64,000 nt of DNA from Eledone cirrhosa (GCA_964016885.1 OZ024759.1:15438001-15502000), one strand, 5' to 3'; shown: positions 1-15,247, counted from the stretch's first letter. Notes: generated from the letters alone by a model not told the origin. Numbers and translations: made by a program.

Positions 1-478
1 TTATTGTGTATAGAAGATTATCCTTTTATTAATATATATATATATATATGCGTGTGTGTGTGAGTGTTTGTCAATGTACAATGTATACGTTTGTGTTTGT
101 GGCTCTCTTTATTCTTTATGTTACGTAATTTAGCTGTTGTCGTGGAAACGAGAACAATATAGTATCAACCAGATTCGAAAAATAACTAAAAATATCTAAA
201 CCAATATATTCGATAGTATAGACAAAACTAAAATGCTGCCCCAGCATGGCTATATTTTAATGCTTTAAACCAGTAAAATAATAAGGAATAAATGAATAGG
301 CATAATAAATATTAATTCAAGGAAATACCGCGCATTATGTTTCCTTGAATATTCAGTTTCATTAGAATGGAGATAACATTATCACGGCGATATCAATTAC
401 CCGACTTCACCACAAGATAAACAATAAAATATAAGACGTCGAAAATGTTAACGATGTTTGCTTTTGCCTTCTTATCAT

Positions 479-480
<2 letters not shown>

Positions 481-516
<36 letters not shown>

Positions 517-609
517 TATAGATATATATATGTGTGTGTATGTGTGTGTATGTGTGTGTATATATATGTATATATGTTTATATATGTACATTATATATAC
601 AAATATGTG

Positions 610-701
<92 letters not shown>

Positions 702-940
702 GTATGTTTATGTAAATATTTATATATATATATATGTATATGTATATATATGTGTGTGTGTATATCTATATATGCATATGTATGTGTATATATGTGTATA
801 TATATGCATATGTATATATATATATGTAAATGTGTATATACATATATGTATATTATATATATGTGTGTGTATATATATATATATATGTGTGTGTATGCGT
901 ATATATTTATACGTGTGTTGGTGTGTGTGTGTGTGTGTAT
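481..940. repeat. (TA)n/(TG)n compound microsatellite
   Basis: Dinucleotide runs; ORFs here are Y/I/C/V artefacts. Confidence 0.95.
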
Positions 941-1214
941 TTTCTTTCTTATTGTAAACCCATTATAAATTTTTTTTTTAATTGGCTTCTTTTTTTTTGT
1001 TATTGTTGATGATGTTGCTATTCTGGGTTACTGCTTCTAGCATTGCTGCCATTGCTGATGTTGTTGTTGTTGTTGCTGCTGTTATTGAAGATGGTGGTGT
1101 TGTTATTGTGGGAGATGGTGGTGTTGTTGTTGTTGTGGCTGTTTTAACTGTTGTTGGTATTGCCTCCGTTACCATCACTACCGTCGGTGCCATTTTTCCC
1201 TGGTGGTCTTCTCG

Positions 1215-1587
1215 CTGAATAGGCAATATCGGTACTTCGTCAGACGTCATACTTTGCAGCATAGAGTTATGGCCCTTTGCGTTTTAGTTCAAATCCATCC
1301 AAGGTTAACTTTGCCATTTATCCTTACAGGGTCGATAAAATAAAGTACCAGTAATGCACTAGGGTTATTGCTGGCCTTGTGCCAAAATAGAAACAATTAT
1401 ATATATGGTGGATTTGTACTATCGGTAGAGCATCAGACAATATGCTTTTCAGCATAGAGTCATGTCCCTTTACAGTCTGAGTTCAAATCCCGCAGGGATT
1501 AACTTTCCTTTCTTCCTTACAGGTTCGGTAATATAAAGTACCAGTAATGTACTGGATTACTGCTGGCCTTGTGCCAAAAGTATTATT
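1215..1587 (+). mobile_element. Two tandem copies of an Octopus-type tRNA-derived SINE (SINE-A)
   Basis: B-box-like GTTCAAATCC followed by the central domain AACTTTGCCTTTCATCCTTACGGGGTCGATAAAATAAAGTACCAG and tail GCTGGCCTTGTGCCAAAA(G)TAGAAAC, recurring more than 20 times in the window. Confidence 0.85.
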
Positions 1588-1627
1588 GAACATGTTGCTG
1601 CTGTTATTGTTGTAGTTGTTGCTTGTA

Positions 1628-1805
1628 CAGTGAAATTCCGTTATAACGAAATTCATGGGGTATAAAAAAAAATCGTTGTAATGAAAACGAAAAATTCTTT
1701 ATACGAGGTCGACTTAACACATCGAGCGTCTGGCGAGGGATTGAAATAAATTCCTTGTACTGAAAAATTCGTTATAATGGTATTCGTTATAAGGGTTTTT
1801 AAATG
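1628..1805. mobile_element. Tc1/mariner-pogo (Tigger-like) MITE
   Basis: TA|CAGTGAAATTCCGTTATAACGAA left TIR, degenerate right TIR, TA flanks; sister copies at 4116, 18879 and 30734. Confidence 0.75.
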
Positions 1806-1849
1806 TAGTGTTGACGTTACCATTGATATTGTCACTGTTATTTATCCTG

Positions 1850-2575
1850 AAGTTGTTGTTGTTGTGGATGTTGTAGTGGATGTTGTTGCTGCTGTAGTTA
1901 TAGTGTTGTTGTTGATGTTGTAGTTATAGTGTTGTTGGTGTTATAGTTGTAGTTGTTGATGCTGTTGTAGATATAGTGTTGGTATTGCTGTTGTAGTTAT
2001 AGTGTTGTTGTTGTTGGTGTTGTAGTTATAGTGTCGTTGTTGATGTTGTAGTTGTTGTTGGTGTTGTCATTTTTGTTGTTATTCTTGAAGATGGCGGTGT
2101 TGTTATTGTTGTTGGTGTTGTCATTGTTGTTGTTATTCTTGAAGATGGCGGTGTTGTTATTCTTGAATATGGCGGTGTTGTTATTCTTGAATATGGCGGT
2201 GTTGTTATTGCTGTTGTTGGTGTTGTAATTGTTGCTGTTATTCTTAAAGATGGGGGTGTTGTTATTGCTGTTGTTAGTGCTGTTATTGTTGTTGTTGTGG
2301 CTGTTTTACTTGTTGTTATTATCATTAATTTCACCAACAATATATATGCCCTTATTTTCCCTGATAGTGTTGTTGGTGCTGTTATTGTTGTTGTTGTGGC
2401 TGTTTTACCTGTTGTTATTATCATTAATTTCACCAACAATATATATGCCCTTATTTTCCCTGAGTGTTGTTGGTGCTGTTATTGTTGTTGTTGTGGCTGT
2501 TTTACTTGTTGTTATTATCATTAATTTCACCAACAATATATTTGCCCTTATTTTCCCTGATAGTGTTGTTGGCGT
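1850..2575. repeat. (GTT)-rich low complexity with ~27-bp and ~99-bp minisatellite units
   Basis: Repeated GTTGTTATTCTTGAA(G/T)ATGGCGGT and three copies of a ...TTCACCAACAATATATATGCCCTTATTTTCCCTGA... unit. Confidence 0.85.
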
Positions 2576-3179
2576 TGATATTTTTTCTGTGACTCTTTTA
2601 CCTGTTGTTGTTATTACACTCGTCGTCATCATTGTTATTGTTGTATCTATAGTATTACATGTGTTATATTTATATAGAATTGTATTAACAGAATATATCT
2701 TTAGATCAAATTGTGTAAATTTGTTAAAATTTTCTTGTATTAAGTTGCCTACATAACGAATGTTAATTTTACCCAATATAAAATTTATAAAACTAACCGA
2801 AAGGCGATGAAATTAATGATCTACTGACGTACAATATTATAGATTACTTGAGCGATACTACATCATCTATTTAAAAATTTACGTTGGAATTTTTATATAT
2901 ATTATGTTGTTGTTGCATTTTTTCTTTTTCTTTCTCTTTCTCTGTGTATGTTTTTGTTTGGTTCTTTGTTTTTTTGTTTGTGACAAAGTTTGTTTGTGTC
3001 TGTGTGTGTATTTATGTGTGTGTGTGTGTGTTTGTGTATGTGTGTGTGTATTTGTGTGTGTGTATATATGTGTGTGCGTGTGTGCGTGTGTTTATTTGTT
3101 CTTGCTAAATTCAACGAATCAGTCAGATTAACCTTGACAGATGTAAAGAAGAATTATATAGTGATGTGTTAACAAAGAA

Positions 3180-3380
3180 GAGGGGGGTGGAGGAGCAGAA
3201 GAAGATGGAGGAGGTGGAGGGGTAGAACAAGAGGCGGAGAAGAAGAAGAAGAAGAAGAAGAAGAAGAAGAAGAAGAAGAAGAAGAAGAAGAAGAAGAAGA
3301 AGACGAAGAAGGATGAGGAGAAGAAAAAGACAAAGAACGCAAAGAAGAAGAAGAAGATGATGATGATGATGATGATGAAT
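3180..3380. repeat. (GAA)n/(GAT)n microsatellite
   Basis: Direct trinucleotide runs. Confidence 0.95.
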
Positions 3381-3684
3381 AGAAAAGCTAGATCAGGGGT
3401 AAAGAAAACAGAAATGAACTGAAATGAGATTTATAACACATACATATACAGGTTTAGTTGGCCTCGTCACACGGCGTGGCATTTCATCGGAGGTTTCTAA
3501 GGTCTTTTAAAGATAAGCAACCCAATCATATAACAGATCGAATCTGGTTTAAAAATGACCAATACATTGATCTCCTACGTCTGAGAGACTGGTTTAAATT
3601 TCCGCGACAGAAGATTAAACAAAATTTACGATGCTCTCATAGATCAGAGTATGATATCACAGAAATTCTGCTTCGTAGAATCAA

Positions 3685-3780
3685 GACGTATCTGAGAACA
3701 TTGCGATTTTCAGAGTCAGGTTCGATCATCACATCGATCGTGCCTCGAACTGGTCGCCAGAGAAACGATTGTAATATGTC
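3685..3780 (+). ncRNA. Degenerate hammerhead-like motif with long stem II (PLE pLTR-type)
   Basis: GACGUAU-CUGAGAA-(~63 nt hairpin)-GAAAC-GAUU-GUA-AUAUGUC; 7-bp stem I; core deviates from CUGANGA. Confidence 0.45.
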
Positions 3781-3825
3781 CAATAAATTCCATTCGTCGC
3801 AACACTGATTCTCTTTTTTTCTGTG

Positions 3826-3876
<51 letters not shown>

Positions 3877-4062
3877 GTAATCTGAGTTTTTCTAATATTA
3901 ATAATAATATTCAATTTTGGAATTACGTAAACAGCCTCTTTAAAGCCTTGTCAGTAAAATGGACCCGTAATATTACAGTCAATGTATTCGGCCATGTACA
4001 GTGATAAACTATTTGTTTTAGATATATATTATATAAACTATTAAATAGGGACAAACTATTTT

Positions 4063-4115
<53 letters not shown>

Positions 4116-4118
<3 letters not shown>

Positions 4119-4269
4119 CGAAATTCCGTCATAGCATAATTCACAGGGTTTTTAAATATTCATTGTAGTTAAAAATCCTTTGTAATGAGACCGAACAAAC
4201 ACATCGATCGTGTGGCCAGTGATTGAAACAAATTTGGTTATAATGGAATTCGGTATAACGGAATTCTAC

Positions 4270-4272
<3 letters not shown>
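4116..4272. mobile_element. Tigger-like MITE in (TA)n
   Basis: GAAATTCCGTCATA ... TATAACGGAATT terminal inverted repeats; homologous to 1628-1805. Confidence 0.75.
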
Positions 4273-4322
<50 letters not shown>

Positions 4323-4429
4323 AAGAGAGGGAGAGAAGGGGCTGGAGAGAGACAGAAAAAGAGGAATGAGAGATGATGATGTAATAAAGGCTTCTAAAAG
4401 ACTAAAACTATTTCATTCGTATGAAATCA

Positions 4430-4620
4430 TAATTGTTTCTACTTTAGGCACAAGGCCAGCAATTACCCAGTGCATTACTGGTACTTTATTTCATCGACCC
4501 CGTGAGGTTGAAAGGCAAAGTCAACCTCGGCGGGATTTGAACTCAGATCGTAAAGGGACGTAACTCTATGCTTCAAAGCATGGCGTCGGACACTCTACCG
4601 ATACTGCCAATCCACCGCCC
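4430..4620 (-). mobile_element. SINE-A, full length
   Basis: Reverse complement of GGCGGTGGATTGGCAGTATCGGTAGAG...GAGTTCAAATCCCGCCGAGG...GAAACAATT. Confidence 0.9.
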
Positions 4621-4919
4621 TTCGTATGAAATCATAATGAAACAGTTATAGACCTGTAGAAGGTTTTTCTATGTAAAATTATTTTGTCTCTCTAAATATG
4701 TATTGAGTACCTTATTTACTGTGGTTACCTCCGACTCAACTCGACACCAAACTATACATATATACATGGTGGCTGCCAACTCGTTTTCGAGTACGGCCAC
4801 TACTTTATATCCATGTAGGAGAACCCCTATCGATGCGCTGAACGAGTGTGACTTTTTAGTCCAGCCAGCGACTTGAAAACTCTGGTTCAAACACTACACT
4901 TGTGACAATTATTGACACA

Positions 4920-5365
4920 TAGTGCTGGGCCCTTGGTACCATGTGACGACAAGTGCAGAGAGATCTCCAGATATAAAGCAATGCCTGTGCCGTGATGCTT
5001 TTATAGTGAGCAAAGGCACTGTACAAAGCCAGTCCCACTCTCTTAACCAAGATGATATTTACCAAAATGAAGAACAAGTCAACATCATTGGATACCATCA
5101 GAGTTGCAGGTGTTATATCAGAGTTTTCCTTCTCCTAGAATTCTGCCTTGACAAAGGCTAAGGGGTCATCTCTCCTGGTGATTTTGGATGACCATTGACC
5201 CTTAAGAGCTCCTTTGCCCTTTGACAGGTTTTGTTTTTAGTCCTGCAGGATGTCCAAAGTCACCCTCCTCACCAAGAAACCTGGTGGGGTGCCAGTTTAG
5301 TCGCCAACGACCCGACAATGAGACAGGTTGGACTGGGATACATGTTACCAGTAGCACCAACTGGT
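4920..5365 (-). mobile_element. Probable RTE-clade LINE 5' UTR fragment
   Basis: Minus strand has GTCGTTGGCGACTAAACTGGCACCCC and GGAGAAGGAAAACTCTGAT, motifs I recognise from RTE 5' UTRs; starts at a TA tract. Confidence 0.4.
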
Positions 5366-5418
5366 GACCTGACATATATACATACATATATGCATACATA
5401 CATACATATATATATATA

Positions 5419-5611
5419 TAACGAAGGAATTGTGGTAAGGAACCAGATGAACCATAATGCACCAGAGTACTCCATACTAGTAGTAGAGTGGGTAATAGGA
5501 AAAAGTATGACCCCGACGGCAGAGCTCAAGCCGTTTCGACATCTATTTCTGGTCTGAAATAGTCGTCGAAACGGCCTGAGCTCTGCCGTCGGGTTCATAC
5601 TTTTTTCCTAT
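5419..5611 (-). mobile_element. PLE pLTR-like element family A with fold-back palindrome (HHR 3' half)
   Basis: ~55-bp inverted arms 5495-5549/5556-5611; GAAACGGC-UUGAGCUCU-GCCGUC-GGGG = HHR stem III + GUC; TA flanks; sisters at 7425, 8219, 9893, 20636 and 24857. Confidence 0.75.
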
Positions 5612-5954
5612 ATATATAAACAATTTTGTTCTGTGTGAAAAAACACAACTACCACCACTATTGCTGCAACTACTACCATGACTATCTCTCTCTATATATA
5701 CCCAAGATTTCATTTTTCCAGTCTCCTTCTCAACATGGAGGATGAAAAAAAACTGCCCTCAACACTTAATTTTGAATCTATAATTTTTAATTTTAAAACT
5801 TACTAATTCTTTTTAAGTGTAATACTAAACATTTGTTAAGATAGATTTTACTAATATCGAAACTGGTTATACTGTATATACTCAATATACATTATAAAAC
5901 ACTGTTTTTTTAAAGAATTGTCCCTCTCATTTTTTCAATAATGTCACCTTTTCA

Positions 5955-6142
5955 ATAATTGTTTCTACTTTAGGCACAAGGCCAGCAATTACCCAGTGCA
6001 TTACTGGTACTTTATTTTATCGACCCCGTAAGGATGAAAGGCAAAGTCAACCTCGGCGGGATTTGAACTCAGATCGTAAAGGGACGTAACTATGCTGGAA
6101 AGCATGTCGTCCGACCCTCTACCGATGATGCCAATCCGCGCC
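5955..6142 (-). mobile_element. SINE-A, full length
   Basis: Near-identical to 4430-4620. Confidence 0.9.
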
Positions 6143-6230
6143 TATTCAATAATGACACTTTGACAAAGAAAAACAAATCCTTAATATATTTACCGTGCTA
6201 TTTCCATTTTCTCCTTTTCTCTCTCTCTCC

Positions 6231-6263
<33 letters not shown>

Positions 6264-6268
<5 letters not shown>

Positions 6269-6390
6269 GTTTAAGCAAAGAATCGTTGCTTTCACCCTTA
6301 ACGGGATCTTCTACGGTTCTTATATATTTGATATATATTAATCCTTATCGAGCCCACTTTGGATGTCAGTCTTCAAATTTATTATTATTA
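6264..6390. mobile_element. PLE pLTR-like family D copy with 5' inversion
   Basis: 6264-6312 matches 40091-40140 directly; 6316-6390 is the reverse complement of 39985-40062. Confidence 0.7.
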
Positions 6391-6397
6391 TTATATA

Positions 6398-6514
6398 TTG
6401 AGTTCAAATCCCGCCGAGGTTGACTTTGCCTTTCATCCTTACGGGGTCGATAAAATAAAGTACCAGTAATGCACTGGTGCTTGGTGGCCTTGTGCCTAAA
6501 GTAGAAACAATTAT

Positions 6515-6515
<1 letters not shown>
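6398..6515 (+). mobile_element. SINE-A, 5'-truncated
   Basis: GAGTTCAAATCCCGCCGAGG...GAAACAATT. Confidence 0.9.
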
Positions 6516-6556
<41 letters not shown>

Positions 6557-6558
<2 letters not shown>

Positions 6559-6772
6559 TGTTATAATTTGAAAGGGTCATGCTGCCAATAAAAACACACG
6601 CACCAGTGGTTTCACTTCAATTTATTATAAATTTCCAGTTAGTTGGTTGGTCCTATAACCGGATAGTTGTTTATATATTGTCAAAATTCTTTTGTCACAC
6701 ATTTTGTGACCCCCGACCCCCTTAAATGACTAGGTTATTATCTTGTGTATCTCCTTTGTTCTTCACTACACC
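6557..6772. repeat. Unclassified interspersed repeat, possibly LTR-like
   Basis: Starts TGTTATA after (TA)n and is homologous to 46776-46880; ends near TCACTACA. Confidence 0.35.
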
Positions 6773-7003
6773 ATCTTGTGTCTGTGTATTGTGTGATATG
6801 TGCTTAGTTTGCGCATGCGTTACATCCGGGTGTGTGTGTGTTTATTTATTTATATATTTACTGCAAAACAAATTCAAAAGCGAAATATATATTTATGTAT
6901 GTTTGTATGTATATTCTTCTGCTTTTATGTATGTATGTGAGTAAATATATATATATTTATGTATGTGTGTGTGTGGGGGGTCTGTGTGTGTGTGTGTGAG
7001 TGT

Positions 7004-7071
<68 letters not shown>

Positions 7072-7359
7072 AACCGATCACGTGACATACTCACTACAAC
7101 AGGTCCATCGAAAGCAGTAAATAACAGAAATATAATCGATATGTGTTTAGAGATATCACTACGTTAAAAATAATAATTGGTGACGTTAATAAGCTATAAA
7201 TCTGTCTAGCAAGATCGAAGTCTGTTTGTAAAAGTTTGGGCAATTTATATATATATGTATAGAGATATGTGTGTGTGTGTGTAAGTATACATGTATACAT
7301 ATGTTCATATATATATATATATGTTCATATATATATATGTGTGCTCATGCACACACACG

Positions 7360-7424
<65 letters not shown>

Positions 7425-7426
<2 letters not shown>

Positions 7427-7549
7427 GAAGGAGTCGGTAATAGGAAAAGGTTCAACCCCGACGTCAGAGCTCAAGCCGTTTCGACGGCTATTTCTGGAAA
7501 TAGCCGTCGAAACAGCTTGAGCTCTGCCGTCGGGGTTAAACATATTCAT

Positions 7550-7550
<1 letters not shown>
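7425..7550 (-). mobile_element. Family A fold-back element
   Basis: GTTTC-GACGGCTATTTC-TG-GAAATAGCCGTC-GAAAC palindrome; tail internally deleted. Confidence 0.75.
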
Positions 7551-9650
<2,100 letters not shown>

Positions 9651-9830
9651 GCCTTTCAAAATATGTACGGAGACGTACGTCTTCATTATTTTGTGAGGTC
9701 TATCAGCAGTAAAATGTCCGAGGATGGTATACAGGCAATAAACGTACATTCCATTGTAACCAACCAATAAAACCTCTCACTTGCCGTAACCAAATATTTC
9801 TATTATAATCACTTTTCTTCTCTTACGTAA

Positions 9831-9892
<62 letters not shown>

Positions 9893-9893
<1 letters not shown>

Positions 9894-9958
9894 ACGAAGG
9901 AGTGGGAAATAGCCGTCGAAACGGCTTGAGCACTGACGTCGGGGTTAGACATTTTCAT
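9893..9958. mobile_element. Collapsed family A element
   Basis: ACGAAGGAGT tail end joined directly to GAAATAGCCGTCGAAACGGC. Confidence 0.65.
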
Positions 9959-9966
9959 ATATATAT

Positions 9967-10225
9967 AGTCAGCTCAAAAGTGACACAGAGGAGACTGAGG
10001 TTGGCTGGACATGCTCACCGACATCCAGAGTCGACATTACACTCAGTGCTCCTTTGCGAGCCCCTACATGGACACACTAGAAGAGGAAGACCAAGGTTAA
10101 CGTATGTTGATGCCCTAAGGACAGACACTGGTCTGTTGGAGATGCAGGATATGGCAGCGATAATGAGGGACAGAGGCCGCTGGAGAGAACTCGTCCATGG
10201 ATCTCGGGAATTTTACCCGCCTTAG
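9967..10225 (+). mobile_element. RTE/RTEX-clade LINE 3' end
   Basis: Translates ...QRRLRLAGHAHRHPE...[21 protein letters not shown]...MRDRGRWR..., a typical RTE C-terminus; flanked by (TA)n. Confidence 0.85.
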
Positions 10226-10234
10226 ATATATATA

Positions 10235-10281
<47 letters not shown>

Positions 10282-10325
10282 GTATATATATATATTACAT
10301 ATCTATCTATCTGTATACATATATC

Positions 10326-10567
10326 AGCCTGTAGATTGAGCAAAAGGAGGAGGAGAGGAAAGGAGTACAAACTCTTCGTACTCCTGGAGATGAGGGTTGC
10401 ACATTTTTTCGCGGGTATGTGTTACCCATATAAACTGTCTCCCCCTATTGGGGAAAATCGACATTTTTTTAATTGCATTTGTGATAACATTTTACACGTT
10501 TTTATTGTATGTAAACCTCCCCCTTTGTATTTGTCCCCTTCTTTTGTGCCCCTGAAACATATCTATC

Positions 10568-10570
<3 letters not shown>
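10326..10570 (+). mobile_element. L1/Tx1-like LINE 3' UTR with (TATC)n tail
   Basis: Homologous to 16345-17280 (CCCCTATTGGGGA...TGTCCCCTTCTTTTGTGCCCCTG). Confidence 0.6.
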
Positions 10571-10604
<34 letters not shown>

Positions 10605-10623
10605 GATATCTATCTGTCTATCC

Positions 10624-10654
<31 letters not shown>

Positions 10655-11030
10655 CCTATCTATCTATCTATATATATATATATTATATACCCATCTATCT
10701 ATATATATATTATATACACATCTATCTATATATCTATATATATTATATACACATCTCTCCATCTATCTATATATATATATATATATTATATATACATCTA
10801 TCTATATATATATATTATATACACATCTATCTATATATATATATTATATACACATCTATCTATCTATCTATATATATATATTATATACACATCTATCAAT
10901 ATATATATTATATACACATCTATCTATATATATATTATATACACATCTATCTATTATATACACATCTATCTAAATCTCTCTATATATATATTATATACAT
11001 ATCTATCTATATATATATATGTATATATAT

Positions 11031-11132
<102 letters not shown>

Positions 11133-11394
11133 TATATACATATATATATATATATTACATACATATCTATCTATATATAATATAATATATATATATATTA
11201 TTTACAATGGGAAGAGTGACCTTACAAATCTTTATAACATTGAGATGGGTATAACGCACACACATTTTATTCGATTATTTTATTTTACTTTGTTCCTTTA
11301 CCATCATATTCCTTCTACCACTTTATCATTTTTTTTAGCTGACTCCAACAACAACAACACTACCAACATAAGAATAGAGGCCAGATGTACCTAA

Positions 11395-11846
11395 CAATAA
11401 CAAGAACAACCACTACTGATTGGCTTGCCTCAGAACGAATCTCTATAGACTTTTGACTGAGGAATGTTCTAACAACTGACCTAGGAGAGGAGAAGAGGTC
11501 CTTTGACGCTGAAATTAGTTTGTTTAAATTCATATGATTCCAGTTCTTCAGTGAAATAACAACCCAACCAGGAACTGGGCATATCAGATTATTGACAAAG
11601 TTAAACACCTGAACAACATGTGTACTCGTCTCTACCACACCCATTCGGACTTTCTGAAGATGTCACAGACAAAGATGGCTGTGACCGAAATATATATAGC
11701 AGTAATAAACGAAGGCAAATTTTAAACATTTGATTTATTTATTTTATTTTATTTTACATTACTCCGGAGTAACCAAACCAACCAGCGCACTTCGTCGAGT
11801 GCTCCAATCTGCATAATGAGGTGAGGGTATACAACCAACATATACT

Positions 11847-11850
<4 letters not shown>
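11395..11850 (+). mobile_element. PLE pLTR-like family F with HHR at 11649-11703
   Basis: CUGAAGA-U-GUCACAG/CUGUGAC-C-GAAAU-AUAU-AUA-GCAGU; tail homologous to 47803-48000; ends in (TA)n. Confidence 0.7.
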
Positions 11851-11890
<40 letters not shown>

Positions 11891-12058
11891 GTACATATAT
11901 ATACATATATACCTACGTACATATATATATACATACATATACATACATGCATATATACATACTTACATATACATACATATAAATACATATACATACATAT
12001 ATATGTACATATACATACATATATATGTACATATACATACATATATATGTACACATAC

Positions 12059-12118
<60 letters not shown>

Positions 12119-12349
12119 GATGGTTGGATTAAAAGAGATTAATTCTTAATTTCTCGAGATAGTTAGGTCCTATCTGCTCTTTATTTGAGCATCCTACCAG
12201 TTACCGCTTAAGCATTTCATATCATCAAAGTTTTATATATGTAGTGAACACTGTCACTTGATATGACAGGCATCAATAAATCATATTCTGATAAATAATT
12301 AAAAGCCGAAACATTTGTCCAACCAATTATTAGACTTTCTTTAAACATA

Positions 12350-13110
12350 TAAATCTTCTTCTTCGTCTCCTTATTCCCGAGGGATTCGTGGGGCATAGTC
12401 CTTGGAAAATGGAATCCAGAGTATTTTATCAGAAGCAACCATCCGACAATGATTTGGCTTGATCCCTAAGTGAGACCAACTGAGATCATGGATATTATCT
12501 AAGGAGCATAGTCCTTAAAAATGGAATTCAGAGTGTCTTATCAGAAGCATCCATCCCTAAATGTACCGACTGATCCCTAAGTGAGGCCTACCGAGATCAT
12601 GGATGTTATCTAAGGGGCATAGTCCTTAAAAATGGAATTCAGAGTGTCTTATCAGAAGCATCCATCCCTAAATGATCCGACTGATCCCTAAGTGAGGCCT
12701 ACCGAGATCATGGATGTTATCTAAGGGGCATAGTCCTTAAACATGGAATTCAGAGCGTCTTATCAGAAGCATCCATCCCTAAATGATCCGACTGATCCCT
12801 AAGTGAGGCCTACCGAGATCATGGATGTTATCTAAAGGCCATAACACTTAGACATGGACTTCAGTGTGTCTTATCAGAAGCATCCATTCCCAAATGATCC
12901 CACCTGATCCCTAAGTGAGACCAACCAAGCTCATAGATGTTATCTAACCATCTCGCTTGTAGTCTACCTCTTAGTCTCCCGAGCGTCAGCGTTGCGCGTA
13001 AAATCTACTCTGGGATTCAGTCTTGCCTTACATATTCTTAAAATATATCTATAGTACTGGCTCTGTAATGTTTTGATGTGGAGAAGAAGTGTTTCTACCA
13101 AGAAAAACAT
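12350..13110 (-). mobile_element. RTE LINE 3' end with five tandem 111-bp terminal units
   Basis: RGRLQARWLDNI...ASDK.LW...GLCP then (AAG)n tail; GATCCCTAAG recurs at 12461, 12572, 12683, 12794 and 12906. Confidence 0.75.
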
Positions 13111-13837
13111 CATAATCTGGAAATTACACGTTCCATCGATTAACGCTACCTTAAAGAAACTTCTAGAAGCAGTACTGGAGTAGCACCGCACCATCTCCTT
13201 CCAGCTGTCACATTCTAGATGTTCTGCTGATTTAATGACGGGAAGGGTGGTCGAGCGTGTGTCTGTCTCTAATCACGACTGCATGGGTATATAAAATAGT
13301 TAGTGAAAATATGATACATACTACCAAATCATACTCGATAGCGACTGACCATGACTGTAGATTTAGATTTTCGTTATGATTTTATTTCAAAAATATTTAG
13401 TATTTATGCTTTTTATTATTTTCTAGAACGGTCAGCGACCGCGCAAAAGTACACACGTTCGTTTAAGGTCATCACTTCTCCTGTATATGCGATGTATATA
13501 TATAGGTCATAGATATATCAACGATTATTCTATATTGAAATAATAGAAGTCTATAGGAAAAAAAATGCCAAGTAAATACTGCAACACGACAGGAGGATGT
13601 ATGTGCATGATGGCGGTGTGGGCACATAAGCCTAGATTTCTATGACTGACTTCGTGTGGATGAGACATGCTCACGTGACACGAGAAACCTCGATCTAATT
13701 GAATTATTTATAAATCGTGTTTAACCAATTTTTTATGTTAGACAGACAATATATGCTTATATAAACACGCATACATGTATTGATACAGAAATACTTTTCT
13801 GTTAACTCTCGCCTGCCATAAAGAATGAACGTGTATG

Positions 13838-13902
<65 letters not shown>

Positions 13903-13915
13903 GTATGTATATATG

Positions 13916-13968
<53 letters not shown>

Positions 13969-14005
13969 GTATATATATATGTATATATATATGTATGTAT
14001 ATATG

Positions 14006-14104
<99 letters not shown>

Positions 14105-14156
14105 ATATATATATATATATATGTATGTATGCATGTATGTTTGTATGTATGTATAT

Positions 14157-14210
<54 letters not shown>

Positions 14211-14356
14211 AAAGTATATATTGAGTTAGAAGCTCAGAATACTCCCTTAGAATTAAAATAGATCAAGGAAAAAAATTTCCGAGCCGTATATTATAACTAG
14301 TTAATATCTTATTAACCCGTGCGAATCTGTGTTTCTCTCTCTTTATTATATTAAAT

Positions 14357-14393
<37 letters not shown>

Positions 14394-14396
14394 CTC

Positions 14397-14432
<36 letters not shown>

Positions 14433-14435
<3 letters not shown>

Positions 14436-14900
14436 TTTATAAATCAAAGACTGTTTAATAACATTTAATTCTAACAGATCGTTTTCTCCAAGGGCAATGC
14501 CGGATTATCGGAGTATAAATCAAAAGTTAAAAACAAGATGGTATAAAGAAGCTTTTTTTCCTTTCTTTATACCATTTTGTTTTTAAATTTTTTTTAATGC
14601 CTCTAGCTGTTGATTCTTAATCATAATCATATGTTCATGCTTTTCATGTGCTTCTTGCTTTCTTCCCATATGTGGTATCCCTTGAATGCTGTTTGATAAA
14701 GTTATCTATGTTCTAACTTTTGATTTATCCTCCGATGAATCCGGCCTTGCGCTAGGATGAAACGATCGTTAGTAATTAAATGTTATTAAACACTCCTTGA
14801 TTGTTATTTATAAAGTATTCCAGCTCTGTATTATAATTGTTATTTTACATCGAGCTACGCTACTCTCATATTAGTAATTGGATAATATTGATTATTTAAT
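14433..14900 (+). mobile_element. PLE pLTR-like family E with inverted arms and HHR (14729-14773)
   Basis: Arms ~14433-14533/14710-14817; CCGAUGA-AUCC...GGAU-GAAAC-GAUC-GUU. Confidence 0.65.
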
Positions 14901-15202
14901 ATTACCCACATTATAGATATTAATATAGATATTAATACAACTATATAGATATTAATACAACATATAGATATTAATACAACTATATACATATATATTCGTT
15001 TCTTGACAGTAGTACTAAGCCACCATCTAATCACAATAGGGGTGTATATGAAAACATATATAAATATATACTACACGTTTATATACAATAAACATATAGA
15101 AAGACTTGCTAACAAAGAAGAATATTTTTCGTGACAAAAAATCTCATCTTTCTCTATTTTCCTTTAAGAATATATCACCACCTTTTCAGTTCTGTCGAGA
15201 AT

Positions 15203-15247
15203 GCCAGACAGCGGTGTTTCCGGATTTGTTAAGCCTTCATCTGTCAC
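15203..15247 (-). ncRNA. Degenerate hammerhead-like motif
   Basis: CAGAUGA-AGG...CC-G-GAAAC-ACCGCU-GUC; weak stem I. Confidence 0.35.

Noticed and set aside
978-2776. Thr-rich mucin-like or hydrophobic ORFs
   Set aside because: (GTT)n low complexity and minisatellite, interrupted by SINEs; no splice or domain support
5360-5373. TGGTGACC primer-binding site of an LTR element
   Set aside because: No adjacent identifiable LTR pair or gag/pol; the match is short
12390-12950. CRISPR-like array
   Set aside because: Contiguous tandem units without unique spacers; RTE-derived; eukaryotic context
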